From Octopus sinensis (taxonomy: Eukaryota), in contig NC_043008.1 of assembly GCF_006345805.1 (NCBI RefSeq), forward strand, positions 310,001 to 374,000: a DNA stretch of 64,000 bases, given 5' to 3'. Both the position numbers and the translations under genes were made by a program. Under the pieces are notes generated by a model, which was not told where the DNA came from, ran no database searches, and worked only from the letters and a program-made list of their open reading frames with translations. Positions within the stretch are counted from its first letter, which is position 1. The number at the start of each line of letters is the position of its first letter. Below are positions 41,107-52,303 of this stretch, piece by piece.

Positions 41107-41369
41107 CAAAGAAGTAAATATATGGCACAACGAAGTACCGATATTTACTGGAAATAGCGAACGTAATAATACTATTCTTTACTGAAAAGCAATGCTCTAG
41201 TATGCATTACTGATTTATATATATATATATAACTTATAAATAAGGGCAAACGAAAAATTTCTAATGCCAAAAATGCCGAAATTAGACACCCTGTCCATAA
41301 CCATATAATTTTTCACAATACGCACGCTACTCAAAAAAGGTCGACAGAAATTTCTAAAAAATTCCACTA

Positions 41370-41429
41370 TTACCATATCGGACCGATTTCAAGGTTAGTT
41401 CATAAGAACCCTCCCTTCGTCAGTGATAA
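41370..41429 (-). ncRNA. Type I hammerhead ribozyme motif in a Penelope-like/retrozyme fragment
   Basis: UUAUCA-CUGACGA-AGGgaggGUUCuuauGAACuaaCCUu-GAAAUCG-guc-CGAUA-UGGUAA. Confidence 0.75.
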
Positions 41430-42082
41430 ATTTGGCAAAAGAATAAATGAGATACTTACTCATACCCATGAAAGAAGCAAACACTAAGTCATGAGCACAA
41501 CTAAGTACCCCAAATACATCCAAAATAGAACTTCACCAGCCCATTTGAGACACGTGCGATTTGAACTGAGGCTCTCACAGAGTGAGACATTCCGGAAGTG
41601 AACACTATTAAATTTATATTTAATGTAGGATAATTTTTTTTTGAAAAAAATGTTATCAATGGCCAGTATATTAAAAAATACCTTTATTGCAGCCCCTCTT
41701 CGTTCCATGATTTTTACTCACTTTTCCCAGGGCTCCGACAATTATTGGTACTACTGCTACCTTTTTCATCGACCACAACTGCTTAACTTCCCAAGCTAAC
41801 CTGTCATATCTCTCGACTTTTCATCATCATCATCGTCGTCGTCGTCGTCGTCGTCATTGTCGTCATCATTATTATGTCAAAATTAAAAGAAGAGTGCCGT
41901 TGTTATCTAGGGAACGATATTTCGACATCTTGTGTGTCTTCAACTGGTACAAAAAATACATTTGTCAATCTACTCCATTTTGGTTAATATAGAAAGGATT
42001 GAGGTAACCAGTTGAAGATATACAAGATCACGAAATAGCGTTCACTAGATAACAATGGCACTCTTCTTTTGATTTTGACATG

Positions 42083-42136
<54 letters not shown>

Positions 42137-42205
42137 TAATAATAATAATAACAACAACAACACAACAACAACAACAGTAATAATAATAATAATAAAATAA
42201 TAATG

Positions 42206-42255
<50 letters not shown>

Positions 42256-42432
42256 TAATAATAAAGATAACAATAATAATGATAATGATAATAATAACAA
42301 TAATAATGATAATAATTATAATGATAATAATAATAATGGTACTCTTCTTTTAATTTTGACACTATATCTTCAGGAGGAGTTACCTTAATCCTTTCTATAT
42401 TGACGAAAATGGAGTAGATTGACAAATTTATA

Positions 42433-42517
<85 letters not shown>

Positions 42518-42526
42518 TATTATTAT

Positions 42527-42573
<47 letters not shown>

Positions 42574-42602
42574 TGCCTACTATTATTATTATTATTTTTA
42601 TA

Positions 42603-42700
<98 letters not shown>

Positions 42701-42715
42701 ATTATTATTTTTATA

Positions 42716-42765
<50 letters not shown>
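42083..42765. repeat. (AAT)n then (ATT)n/(ACT)n microsatellites in opposite orientation
   Basis: Visible directly; separated by ~90 bp of non-microsatellite sequence. Confidence 0.9.
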
Positions 42766-42767
<2 letters not shown>

Positions 42768-43207
42768 GCTGAGGATTGGCAGCATCGTTAAAGCGTCGTG
42801 AAACTGTCATATGGTCTGAATTCCGGCTACTTATATTCTGAGTTAAAAATACCACAACGGTCATCGACTAAACTTCCTCGTGAAGATGACATGCAGGCAA
42901 GCGTAAATCATGCGATTCCGATTATGTTTGAAAATCGGCTGCGGAAGAATGTATTTCTGGAACTTCAGAGTTACGTCACAGTTTGTATAATTAATGACGT
43001 CAGACATATTGGAAATTAAACAATACTATAATATGGGTAATATGATCGGCTGCTCCTCCATTGTCTCAAATTTTTGACCTCCTGCCCAATTAATTAAGAG
43101 CAATTATTAGAATATGAAACGCAGATCCTGCAGTATTTATATCGTTTTTCGTTCTGATTGCAAATCGCAATGACTTCCGCTTTGTATTTTTAACTTCGGT
43201 TGTCAAA

Positions 43208-43835
43208 GGTGCGGGCGCGGCAATGTCGTAAGATGTTTACCTCCCAAGTTCATGGTACCGGGTTCAGTCCCGTGGGGCTTTGGGCAAGGTGTCTTGTGCT
43301 ATAACCACGGGCCGACTACAGCTTTTTGAGTGGATTTAGTAGACGGAAACTGAAAGAAGACTGTTGTGTGTGTGCGTATATATATATATATATATTTATA
43401 TATAGTTCAAAATTAAAGAAAAACAAAGATGAAGATAGGTGTGGAAACAACGAGGATGTGTATTAGTTTGACGCTCGGGAAAAATAGAAAAGTCTTTTAC
43501 GTTTCGAGCCGAGGCCCTTCGACAAAGAGGAACACGATGAAATAAATAGAGAATAAAAAAACACGTGTTGAGATCAGTGGTTTAACATGATACAAGTGTG
43601 TGTGTGAGAGAGTGCGTGTGTGTCTTTGGGTCTCTGTTTATCCCCTACCAGTACTTGACAACGGGTGTCGGTGTGTTTACGTCCCCAGTAAGCTAGTGCT
43701 TCGGCAATAAAGACTGATAGACTAAATACCAAGTTTCAAAAAAAAAAAAGAAAAAGAGAAAAGTTGGCTCGATTAAAATTCTTCAAGCCAGAATGGCCGC
43801 AGTCAATTAAGTGAAACAAATAAAAGATAAAAGAA
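43208..43835 (+). mobile_element. SINE family A with nested family-H element (~43405-43590) in its internal microsatellite
   Basis: SINE head at 43208-43365 and tail at 43620-43835, interrupted at (TA)n. Confidence 0.65.
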
Positions 43836-44034
43836 ACAGATAATATTTACTTACGTCGTTTTTCGTTCTTATCTCAAATCACAATCACTTCAACTTTGTC
43901 TTCCATTTTCGGTTGTCAAAAAGGTAAAAACCAGTTAAGTCTTGGAACGTAAATCAAGATACTCGACTCTACTCTCCCTATCAAATGTCTTTCTGTGTTT
44001 AAATCAGAGAATGTTGTTATTATTATTATTATTA

Positions 44035-44083
<49 letters not shown>

Positions 44084-44086
<3 letters not shown>

Positions 44087-45718
44087 TAGTTTTATTTTTA
44101 TAGCGCGCTTTCACTTCACTACCGAGCGCAGCTCTGTGTGCCTTAGGTATGTGCTGTGATTTGTTGTGATGCTCTGATGGTTATTGTATGGAAAGTGTTC
44201 TGCGTAGGATGTGTGCAGTGCCTAGTAGTGCAATTTTCTGTATGTTATATGTGTTTGTAAGTCCTGGTGTTTTTGTTATGTATTTGTCTGAATATTTTTT
44301 TATCATGCCTAATGCACCTACTATGATAGGGATTGTTTCTGTTTTCAGATTCCACATTCTAGTTACCTCTATTTCCAGGTCATTGTATTTTGAGAGTTTC
44401 TCCATTTCTTTTAGAGACACGTTGTCATCTGCCGGTATTGATACATCAATTAGAAAGCATTTTTTTCTTCATGATCTCTGACAACTATATCTGGTCTGTT
44501 GACCTTAATTTCTCTATCTGTGTGTATCGGCATATCCCAGAGTATGGTTGCTTTCTCGTTTCTGTGACCTTTTCTGGTGTGTGCCTATACCATCTTTTTT
44601 CTGTTGTTATTCCATAATGTTGGCATAGCTTCCAATGTATGTAGGTCCAACTCTGTCATGTCTGTGAATATATTCCTTCTTAGTCAGGACTGGGCAGCTA
44701 GAGATAATATGATTTATTGTTTCTTGTCCATCTCCACATATTCTGCAGTTACTTGTAATATTTCTTTTCATTACATGTTTTGGTATTTTCTGGTGGGGAG
44801 GCTTTGGTCTTGTGCTGCAATTAAAAATCCCTCTGTTTCTGCTTTGAGTCCTGAGCTTCTCAACCATTGCTGGGATTTTTCTTTGTCTATTTCTTTTGCG
44901 TTTAGTTTAGTCCAGTATTTACCATGAAGGGGCTTTTCTTGCCATCGCTTTATCATGGTTCGTTGCTGTTCTATTTTTAGTTTGGATTTCATTTGTTTTA
45001 TAGCTTTTGTTGTTTCTTCATCTTCTTCTTCTTCTTCATGTTTATTAGGCGGTATGATTTCTTGTTTGTATTTGTCAGCTTCCTTAAATACTGAGAACAG
45101 TTTTTTGTTTTGCTCGTGTTTTGCCGCTATCTGGATCAGTTTTCCTTCCTTCTGAAGTAGATATTTTTGCAGTCCTATGGTGGTTATTTCATAGTAGTTT
45201 TCCAGCTGTATAAGGCCTCTACCACCTTCTATACGTTGTATATATAGTCTTTCTATGTCAGATTTTGGGTGATGCATCCTAGATCCTGTCATTATTTTTC
45301 TTGTTTTCCTATCTATTTTGGTCAGTTCATTTCGTGTCCAGTTAAGGATATTGTAGCTGTAACTTATAACTGGGACAGCTAAAGTGTTGATACCTATTAT
45401 CTTGTTTTTAGCATTGAGCTCTGTTTTTAGTATTGATCTAACTCGTCTATAATATTCTTTTTATTATTTTCTCTTTCATTTGTGTGTGTTGTGTCTTATC
45501 TAGTTCATGGATTCCTAAGTATTTGTAAGTTTGGCTTTGGTCTAATTCTTTTATTTCATTGGTTTTATCTAGTGTGATGTTGTTACTCTTAACTAGTTTT
45601 CCTCTTTTCATGGTTACTTTGGCGCATTTTTCTAATCCAAATTTCACATCTATTTCTTTGGTAAATCCATGAACTGTCTTTAATAGTGTTTCCAGTTGTT
45701 TGTCATTTGCAGCGTATA
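44084..45718 (-). mobile_element. R4/Dong-clade non-LTR retrotransposon, 5'-truncated, inserted in (TAA)n
   Basis: RT C-terminal part (FGLEKCA, YKYLG), zinc knuckle CRICG..ETINHIISSC, RHDRVG, and restriction-like endonuclease region (PD..D, KLSKY, IPIIVGALG). Several frameshifts. (ATT)n on both sides. Confidence 0.92.
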
Positions 45719-45733
45719 CTATTATTATTATTA

Positions 45734-45812
<79 letters not shown>

Positions 45813-45832
45813 ATTAGAGAATATTATTATTA

Positions 45833-46200
45833 GGAGGCACAGAAGTAGCTGTGTGGTAAGAAGCTTGCTTCCCAACCACATGGTTCCGGGTTCAGTCTCA
45901 CTGCTTGGCACCTTGAGCAAATGTCTTCTACTGTAACCTCGGGTCTATCAAAGCCTGGTGAGTGGATTTGGTTGACAGAAATTGAAAGAAGACCGTTGTA
46001 TATATGTATTCTTTTACTTGTTTCAGTCATTTGACTGCGGCCATGCTGGAACACCGCCTTTAGTCGAACAACTCGATCCCATGACTTATTCTTTTGTAAG
46101 CCTAGTACTCATTCTATTGATCTTTTTTGCCGAACCGCTAAGTTATGGGGACGTAAACACCCCAGCACAGGTTGTCAAGCAATGGTTGGGGGACAAACAT

Positions 46201-46255
<55 letters not shown>

Positions 46256-46420
46256 CGACAGATGGTGGTGTGCCCCCGTACCTTAGCGATTCGGTAAAAG
46301 AGACCGATTGAATAAGTACTAGGTTTACAAAGAATAAGTCCTGGGGTCGATTTGTTCGACTAAAGGCGGTGCTCCAGTATGGCCGCATTTAAAAATGACT
46401 AAAACAAGTAAAGGAATTAA
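45833..46420. mobile_element. SINE family A cluster: head (+), inverted tail (-), tail (+)
   Basis: Head at 45833-46000. 46011-46162 and 46266-46412 are reverse complements of each other. Confidence 0.75.
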
Positions 46421-47054
46421 ATTAAGGATATTGCAGAAATGGTGGCAGGTTGGACTTGAATCCGAAACCTCCTGTTTGTAAAGTGAGATTCTTCATCAGG
46501 CAGCCATGACTGCGCCTAATTTGGGGATCGATTTTATCGACTCTTCTTTCTCTTCAAAGTGGTCGACTTAATATGAAAGTCAGACATTTTATATTTCATT
46601 AGAACACTCAATCAAATTAACAGTTTATCTAATTGTATTGCTGACTCCATTTGCAGCAATCTTTCCACTGGATCCGCACAGAAATCAATGTATTTATTAC
46701 CATTGAAGCAGCAAAATAATACGTTGCCAAAAAAAGGTAGCTTGTTTTTACAAAGGGGAAACTGTTGATACTTAAGCCATTAAATGTGATGTTAAAATCC
46801 AAACTATATAATTGAAGAAGCAACTGCATGTACGAACTTGCTTTTCAAATGTCCGTCATAAAAAAAATATGTAAGATTTATATGGAAAACGGATTTGTGA
46901 GTAGATTTGGTTGACGGAAACTGAAAGAAGCCGTGGTACATATATGGTCTTGGTTTCTTTACGTCCTTGTTACTTGGTAAACAAAATAAAACAAATATAT
47001 AAAATATAACGTGTCTTGAATAGCACAACAATGCAGAGTAGATTATAATAACTG

Positions 47055-47248
47055 TTATAATTTGATTATCCATAGTCTGATAGGATATAATATTTCGGAA
47101 TATAAAAATTCCTTCTTCAGATATCGCTAGGAACCGTTGGAAAACCGATTATAGCAGTGGCTCGATCAATTCCTAGCAATATCTGAAGAAGGAATTTTTA
47201 TATTCCGAAATATTATTATTATATCAGACTATGAATAATTAAATTATA
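47055..47248. repeat. Inverted repeat of a hammerhead-bearing segment (one motif per strand)
   Basis: aatatttcggaatataaaaattccttcttcagatatcgctaggaa versus ttcctagcaatatctgaagaaggaatttttatattccgaaatatt. Confidence 0.8.
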
Positions 47249-47999
47249 ATACTCTGCATTGTAGTGCCACTCAAGACACGTAATATTTTACAAACTATAC
47301 ACAATGCTTCAAGCGAACTACAATACTCTCCTAAAACAAATATGATTTCTTGTAGATCCCATTTCACTCCGCTAAAATATAGAGAAATATTGCGCAAATT
47401 AACACGAACAATATAAAATATTATTATTAGGAATGTCTCCACACTGAAAACTGGGTCTTGAGTTTGTTTCTCACATTTATTAGCAATAATATTCGTTGTC
47501 GCCGTCGTTCTTGTTTGGCTCGAGATCGGAACTGATTAAGACCTGTACTCAAAGGCATTCCAGCTACGACCATCCAGTCGTTTTAGAAGTATGTGAAAAG
47601 ATTACATTATCTAAGATAACCTTTTTGTTAACCCTTAAACGGCAGACATGAATTGATATTTCAAAAATTTTACATGAATATGGCCATCGGCCATCATCAA
47701 TTGACGCCTGAGCGTCTACTTCGTAAAATGCGCCGAAGCGTAAGCTGCTCTTATCGATGGGAGAAATCAGGATGCAAATGGAATATTCTAAGATAATGTT
47801 GCATTAAGGAGTTACTTTACATTAAGGAGTGGAACATACAATCTCATGTAATTCAGGGCGCCTCGTGGTCCCAGGAGACGGAATAGAAAAAGGTGTTGCT
47901 CCGGATGATGGCGATGGAGATGTGCTGGATCAGCCGCTACGGCGATGAAAATGTTTTTCTGACTTTCCTTTATTATCAGGTGAGGTAGATGATGGAGAG

Positions 48000-48234
48000 G
48001 ACGATAATGATGGTGATAATGGTGGTGGTGATGGTGGTGATGGTGGTGACGATGATGATGACGATTATTATTATTATTATCATTATTATTATTATTACTA
48101 TTATTATTATGGTGGTAGTGGTGGTGATAATGATGACGATGACGACGACGACAATATAAATGGAGTGGGCTACTGATGATGATGATGTGATGATGACGAT
48201 GATGATGACGATGATGATGATGATGTCGATGATA

Positions 48235-48268
<34 letters not shown>

Positions 48269-48302
48269 CGATGATGATGACGATGATGATGATGATGATG
48301 AC

Positions 48303-48358
<56 letters not shown>

Positions 48359-48468
48359 CGATGATGGTGACGATGATGGTGACGATGATGATGATGAGGA
48401 GGAGGAGGATTATGGTGATAGTGGTTGTGGTCGTGGTGGTGATAATGATGACGATGATGACGATGATG
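48000..48468. repeat. (GAT)n/(GGT)n/(ATT)n compound microsatellite
   Basis: Visible directly; produces the poly-His and poly-Met pseudo-ORFs. Confidence 0.9.
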
Positions 48469-48887
48469 CTCCAGACAGCACAGAAGAAAATGGTGCTTCA
48501 ACTAATTCTGGATGGAGAAAGTTCGCCAATTTTTCTTTATTTGTTTGAGAACAACGCGGAAATTTCAAATGAATTATGCTCAGATGATTTTTCTTTGTGT
48601 GTGCCTTTATTTTTATAATCGACGAGAGTTGAATTATGTTCATAGTTTTTGTATTTATTAAAAGGGAAAATAATGTAAAAAGATTATCCTTAAGAAAAAC
48701 AGATTTAAAAATTTTTTGGCCTTTTTGGCAGACACATTTATCCTATTTAAGGGTTGATACGGTAGCTTGTTATCTGAGGGACTTCGGTTGCTATTACTAG
48801 CAGGTCGTTCAACCTCGTAAAGGCTGTCTTCTCTCTCAATAATATCATGAGTCTATTTAACTGCAGTAGACAGACAGACCGACAGAT

Positions 48888-48918
<31 letters not shown>

Positions 48919-48989
48919 TAGGTGGGTGGGTGGGTGGGGGTGTGTATGAATGGATGGATGGACGGACGGACAGACAGACAAACAAACAA

Positions 48990-49065
<76 letters not shown>

Positions 49066-50595
49066 GAGGTTATACGACTTTTGGCTTTACTCCAGCTTAC
49101 AGAAAAAGAAATCACCTACATACAGAAGATAAGGTGACCATTTGTTTGTGGGATTCCGGTTTAAATGCACACTGGATTTTAAATGAGAAACTTAGTGGGT
49201 TATAAAACCGACCACTCGACCCGCTTTCACACCCTTTTTGGTGTAGTGATGCCAATGCCACAACGGCGGGTGGGGTAGTTTGCCTGTATTGCTCAGTTTA
49301 CACGTGCTATTTGGGGGTAGTTCGTTTGGCACGGTGTCAATTAACATGCTCAACAGCTCCGCTCCAGCCACATTGAAACTAAATATCACTTCACTCTTTA
49401 CTCTAGATGAGATTGAAAATCAACTTAGTTTTGTTAATGATCTATTAATTCCGATTGAACAGACACATTAGATTAAGTAATACGAATTAATTAGTGACAT
49501 TCTGAGCTCAAATCCACCAAGAACAGTCCTTTCTTTATGACTTTCATCCCTCAGGGTTCAATAAAATAAGTGCCAATGATAAACTGCATGTGATCTCAAT
49601 TTTCTCTGTAAGTGTGCCAACGTAAGAAATCGATAAATTTCGGAAGAGTGAGAGGTGTTAATTGCTTAAATCGACAAATATTATATATAAAAAAAAAGAT
49701 CATTACAACTGAATGAAAAAAATATGATGATGGTGATGATTTCTTTCGACAAAGGATACGAGAATTTATTCGAGGGAAGGAGTGTGTTCGATTGAAATGA
49801 CTCTCGTTCTTTCATAGTGTATAATTTTATTGCTCTGAAGGAGATGAAAGACAAATTAACGCCGTGGGGCACCGAAATTAAATAGCGAAAAATAAAAGCA
49901 TTTAACCCCATGCTTTAATTTTTCGACCGTCTTCAGTAATAATTTTTTCGCGTGTTTATGTATGTTTTTTTTAATAAAAGATTTTTTTTTCCGATAAAAA
50001 GAAAACTTCAAAGTAATTTATTATTTGATAAAAGCTATTTGATAAAAGTTATTTGATAAAAGATATTTGATAAAAGAAAATAACTTCAAAGAAATATATA
50101 ATATTTTGTCTCTGCATAATATATATTCTGAAGCGCATCACGAGTTCGGTTTCGCTACTTAAGCCAGTCACATGTATATACATGCGCAAGCGAAGATCAC
50201 ATGGAAACCAGAGAAGAGAGAGAGAGAAAGAGTGGGTATCAAACACGATGGCAACCTAACACCCCCGCATAAAGCGTGTATTCTTGTAGTAGATTCAGCA
50301 AGTAGATATATTGATTAGTTGATTGATCCGGTCTAGCTCATTCATCAGCTGCGAACTTATAAGCATTTTCACAGCAACAAAACATTACACATGACAGCTG
50401 TTGTTACCTACATTCCCATACTAATAACTTTACTGAGTTATTATTTTCACTAGGTTAGTAAAATACAAGTTTACCTGCATCCTAAAACTTTGGTCTCTAA
50501 TATTACATCGCAGTTCTGCAGTTTCTCAAACTTCTCTTTAACAGCCACCATAGCAAAAATGACCACATCTGCTACAGTATTATCTATCCTTTATC

Positions 50596-50990
50596 AAGGC
50601 GGTGAGTTTGCAGAAACGTTAGCACGCCGGGCGAAATGCTTAGCAGTATTTCGTCTGCAGCTTCGTTTTGAGTTCAAATTCCGCCGAGGTGGACTTTGCC
50701 TTTCATCCTTTCGGGGTCGAGTAAATAAGTACCAGTTACGCACTGGGGTCGATATAAGACTTAATCCGTTTGTCTGTCCTTGTTTGTCCCCTCTGTGTTT
50801 ACTCTGGTAGTAAAGAAACAGGTGTTTCGTCTGCGGCTACGTTCTGAGTTCAAATTCCGTCGATGTTGACTTTGCTTTTCATCCCTTTCGGGGTCGATAA
50901 ATTAAGTAGCAGTTGAATACTGGTTTCAATCTAATCGACACATCCCCTCCCCAAAATCACTGCCCTTGTGGCAAATTTTCTAACCATTAT
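50596..50990 (+). mobile_element. SINE family B (dimeric)
   Basis: Same organisation as 19316-19680, with a duplicated gagttcaaattcc..ggggtcgat core. Confidence 0.8.
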
Positions 50991-51879
50991 CTAGCTTTTA
51001 TCGTTTTTAAATCTTCTCTCTACGATTATAGTCGAGTGGTCGGTGCTATAACTGTCCACATACAGCATTACTCGATCTGGTGTTTTCTTTTCACAACTTC
51101 TCTCCTCCACCAGTGATTCTCAGCCATTGTCCATTTGACCCTTAGATGGGCCATATAAGATTTTGTTAAAATTCATGGGCAATAAATTGGTCTCCATCTA
51201 CCAAATTCGCTCACAAGCCATTAGTCGGACCGGCGCAGCGCAAAAGGAGTGAACCCAAAACCACGTGATTGGGTAGCTAGCTTTTTAGCCACACAGCTAA
51301 GTCTGCACCCACATTTCTTTGTGGGGTTTTCCCCACCTTGGAACACTTTCGAGTAGTTTCCAAACGCCACGGTGGCAGTGTTTGGGACAAGACTATTATA
51401 TTAGAATTTTCGTAAAACAATTGCTGCTATGACTGTAAATATTTGGAATAATACAGTTATAAGTTGAAGAGGTTAGAGTTTGAGAAGTTTCTGGAATGCC
51501 AAAATTAAATAGAGCTTGCAAGCATTTTACAAGTCTACTTTAATCAAATTTCTGTTATAATATTATGGTGTATATGATGTATGGGGAAATGAAAAAATAT
51601 TTAATTCAAGAAGTCTCTGGTAATATGTGAGCGTAAATTTAAACTAAAGGGTGCATTATATCATAGAATGTTGCTTGGTCTTCTTTTTAATTTGCACTTC
51701 TAAGACGTGAGAGCAGATTGTTTCCTAGTCTATCTGTAAAATTGTTAATACAAAGAACTTCATTATAATAACAAGGAGAGCTAATTGACGTAGCCTCGTC
51801 TGAATATAAGGAGGATACACATTTATAAATATTAGTGACTAAATTTCTTCGGATGAGTAGCAGACTTAAAAAATAAAAT

Positions 51880-52120
51880 GAACGTGCAAGTGGCTGAGCA
51901 CTCCACAGACATGCGTACCCTTAACGTAATTCTCAGCGAGGTTCAGCATGAAACAATCTGACAAGGCTGGCCCTTTGAAATACAAGTACTACTCATTTTT
52001 GCCTGCTGAGTGCACTGGAGCAACAGGAAATAAAGTGTCTTGCTCAAGGACACAGCACACCGTCGGTAATTGAATTATCAATCTAAGATCGTGGGCCAAA
52101 AACCCTAACCACTAAGCCAT
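51880..52120 (-). mobile_element. SINE family C
   Basis: Homologous to 2694-2983. Confidence 0.7.
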
Positions 52121-52303
52121 ATATATAAGACATTAAATGTAACCTACAACCAAACTGGATTTCGATTTCGTGAGATCCTAAGATAAAGAAACCTTGAAAA
52201 CCCCCGATAAAAAAATTAAAAAATACCCCGAAAGGACAACCACAAAATTGCAAACAACTTATAACAATTTCGAAGCGCGTGCAGAATGTAAATCCTTCAG
52301 CTG

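Noticed and set aside
47812-48618. Poly-His and poly-Met ORFs of 229 and 152 aa
   Set aside because: Translations of a (GAT)n microsatellite with no domain content.
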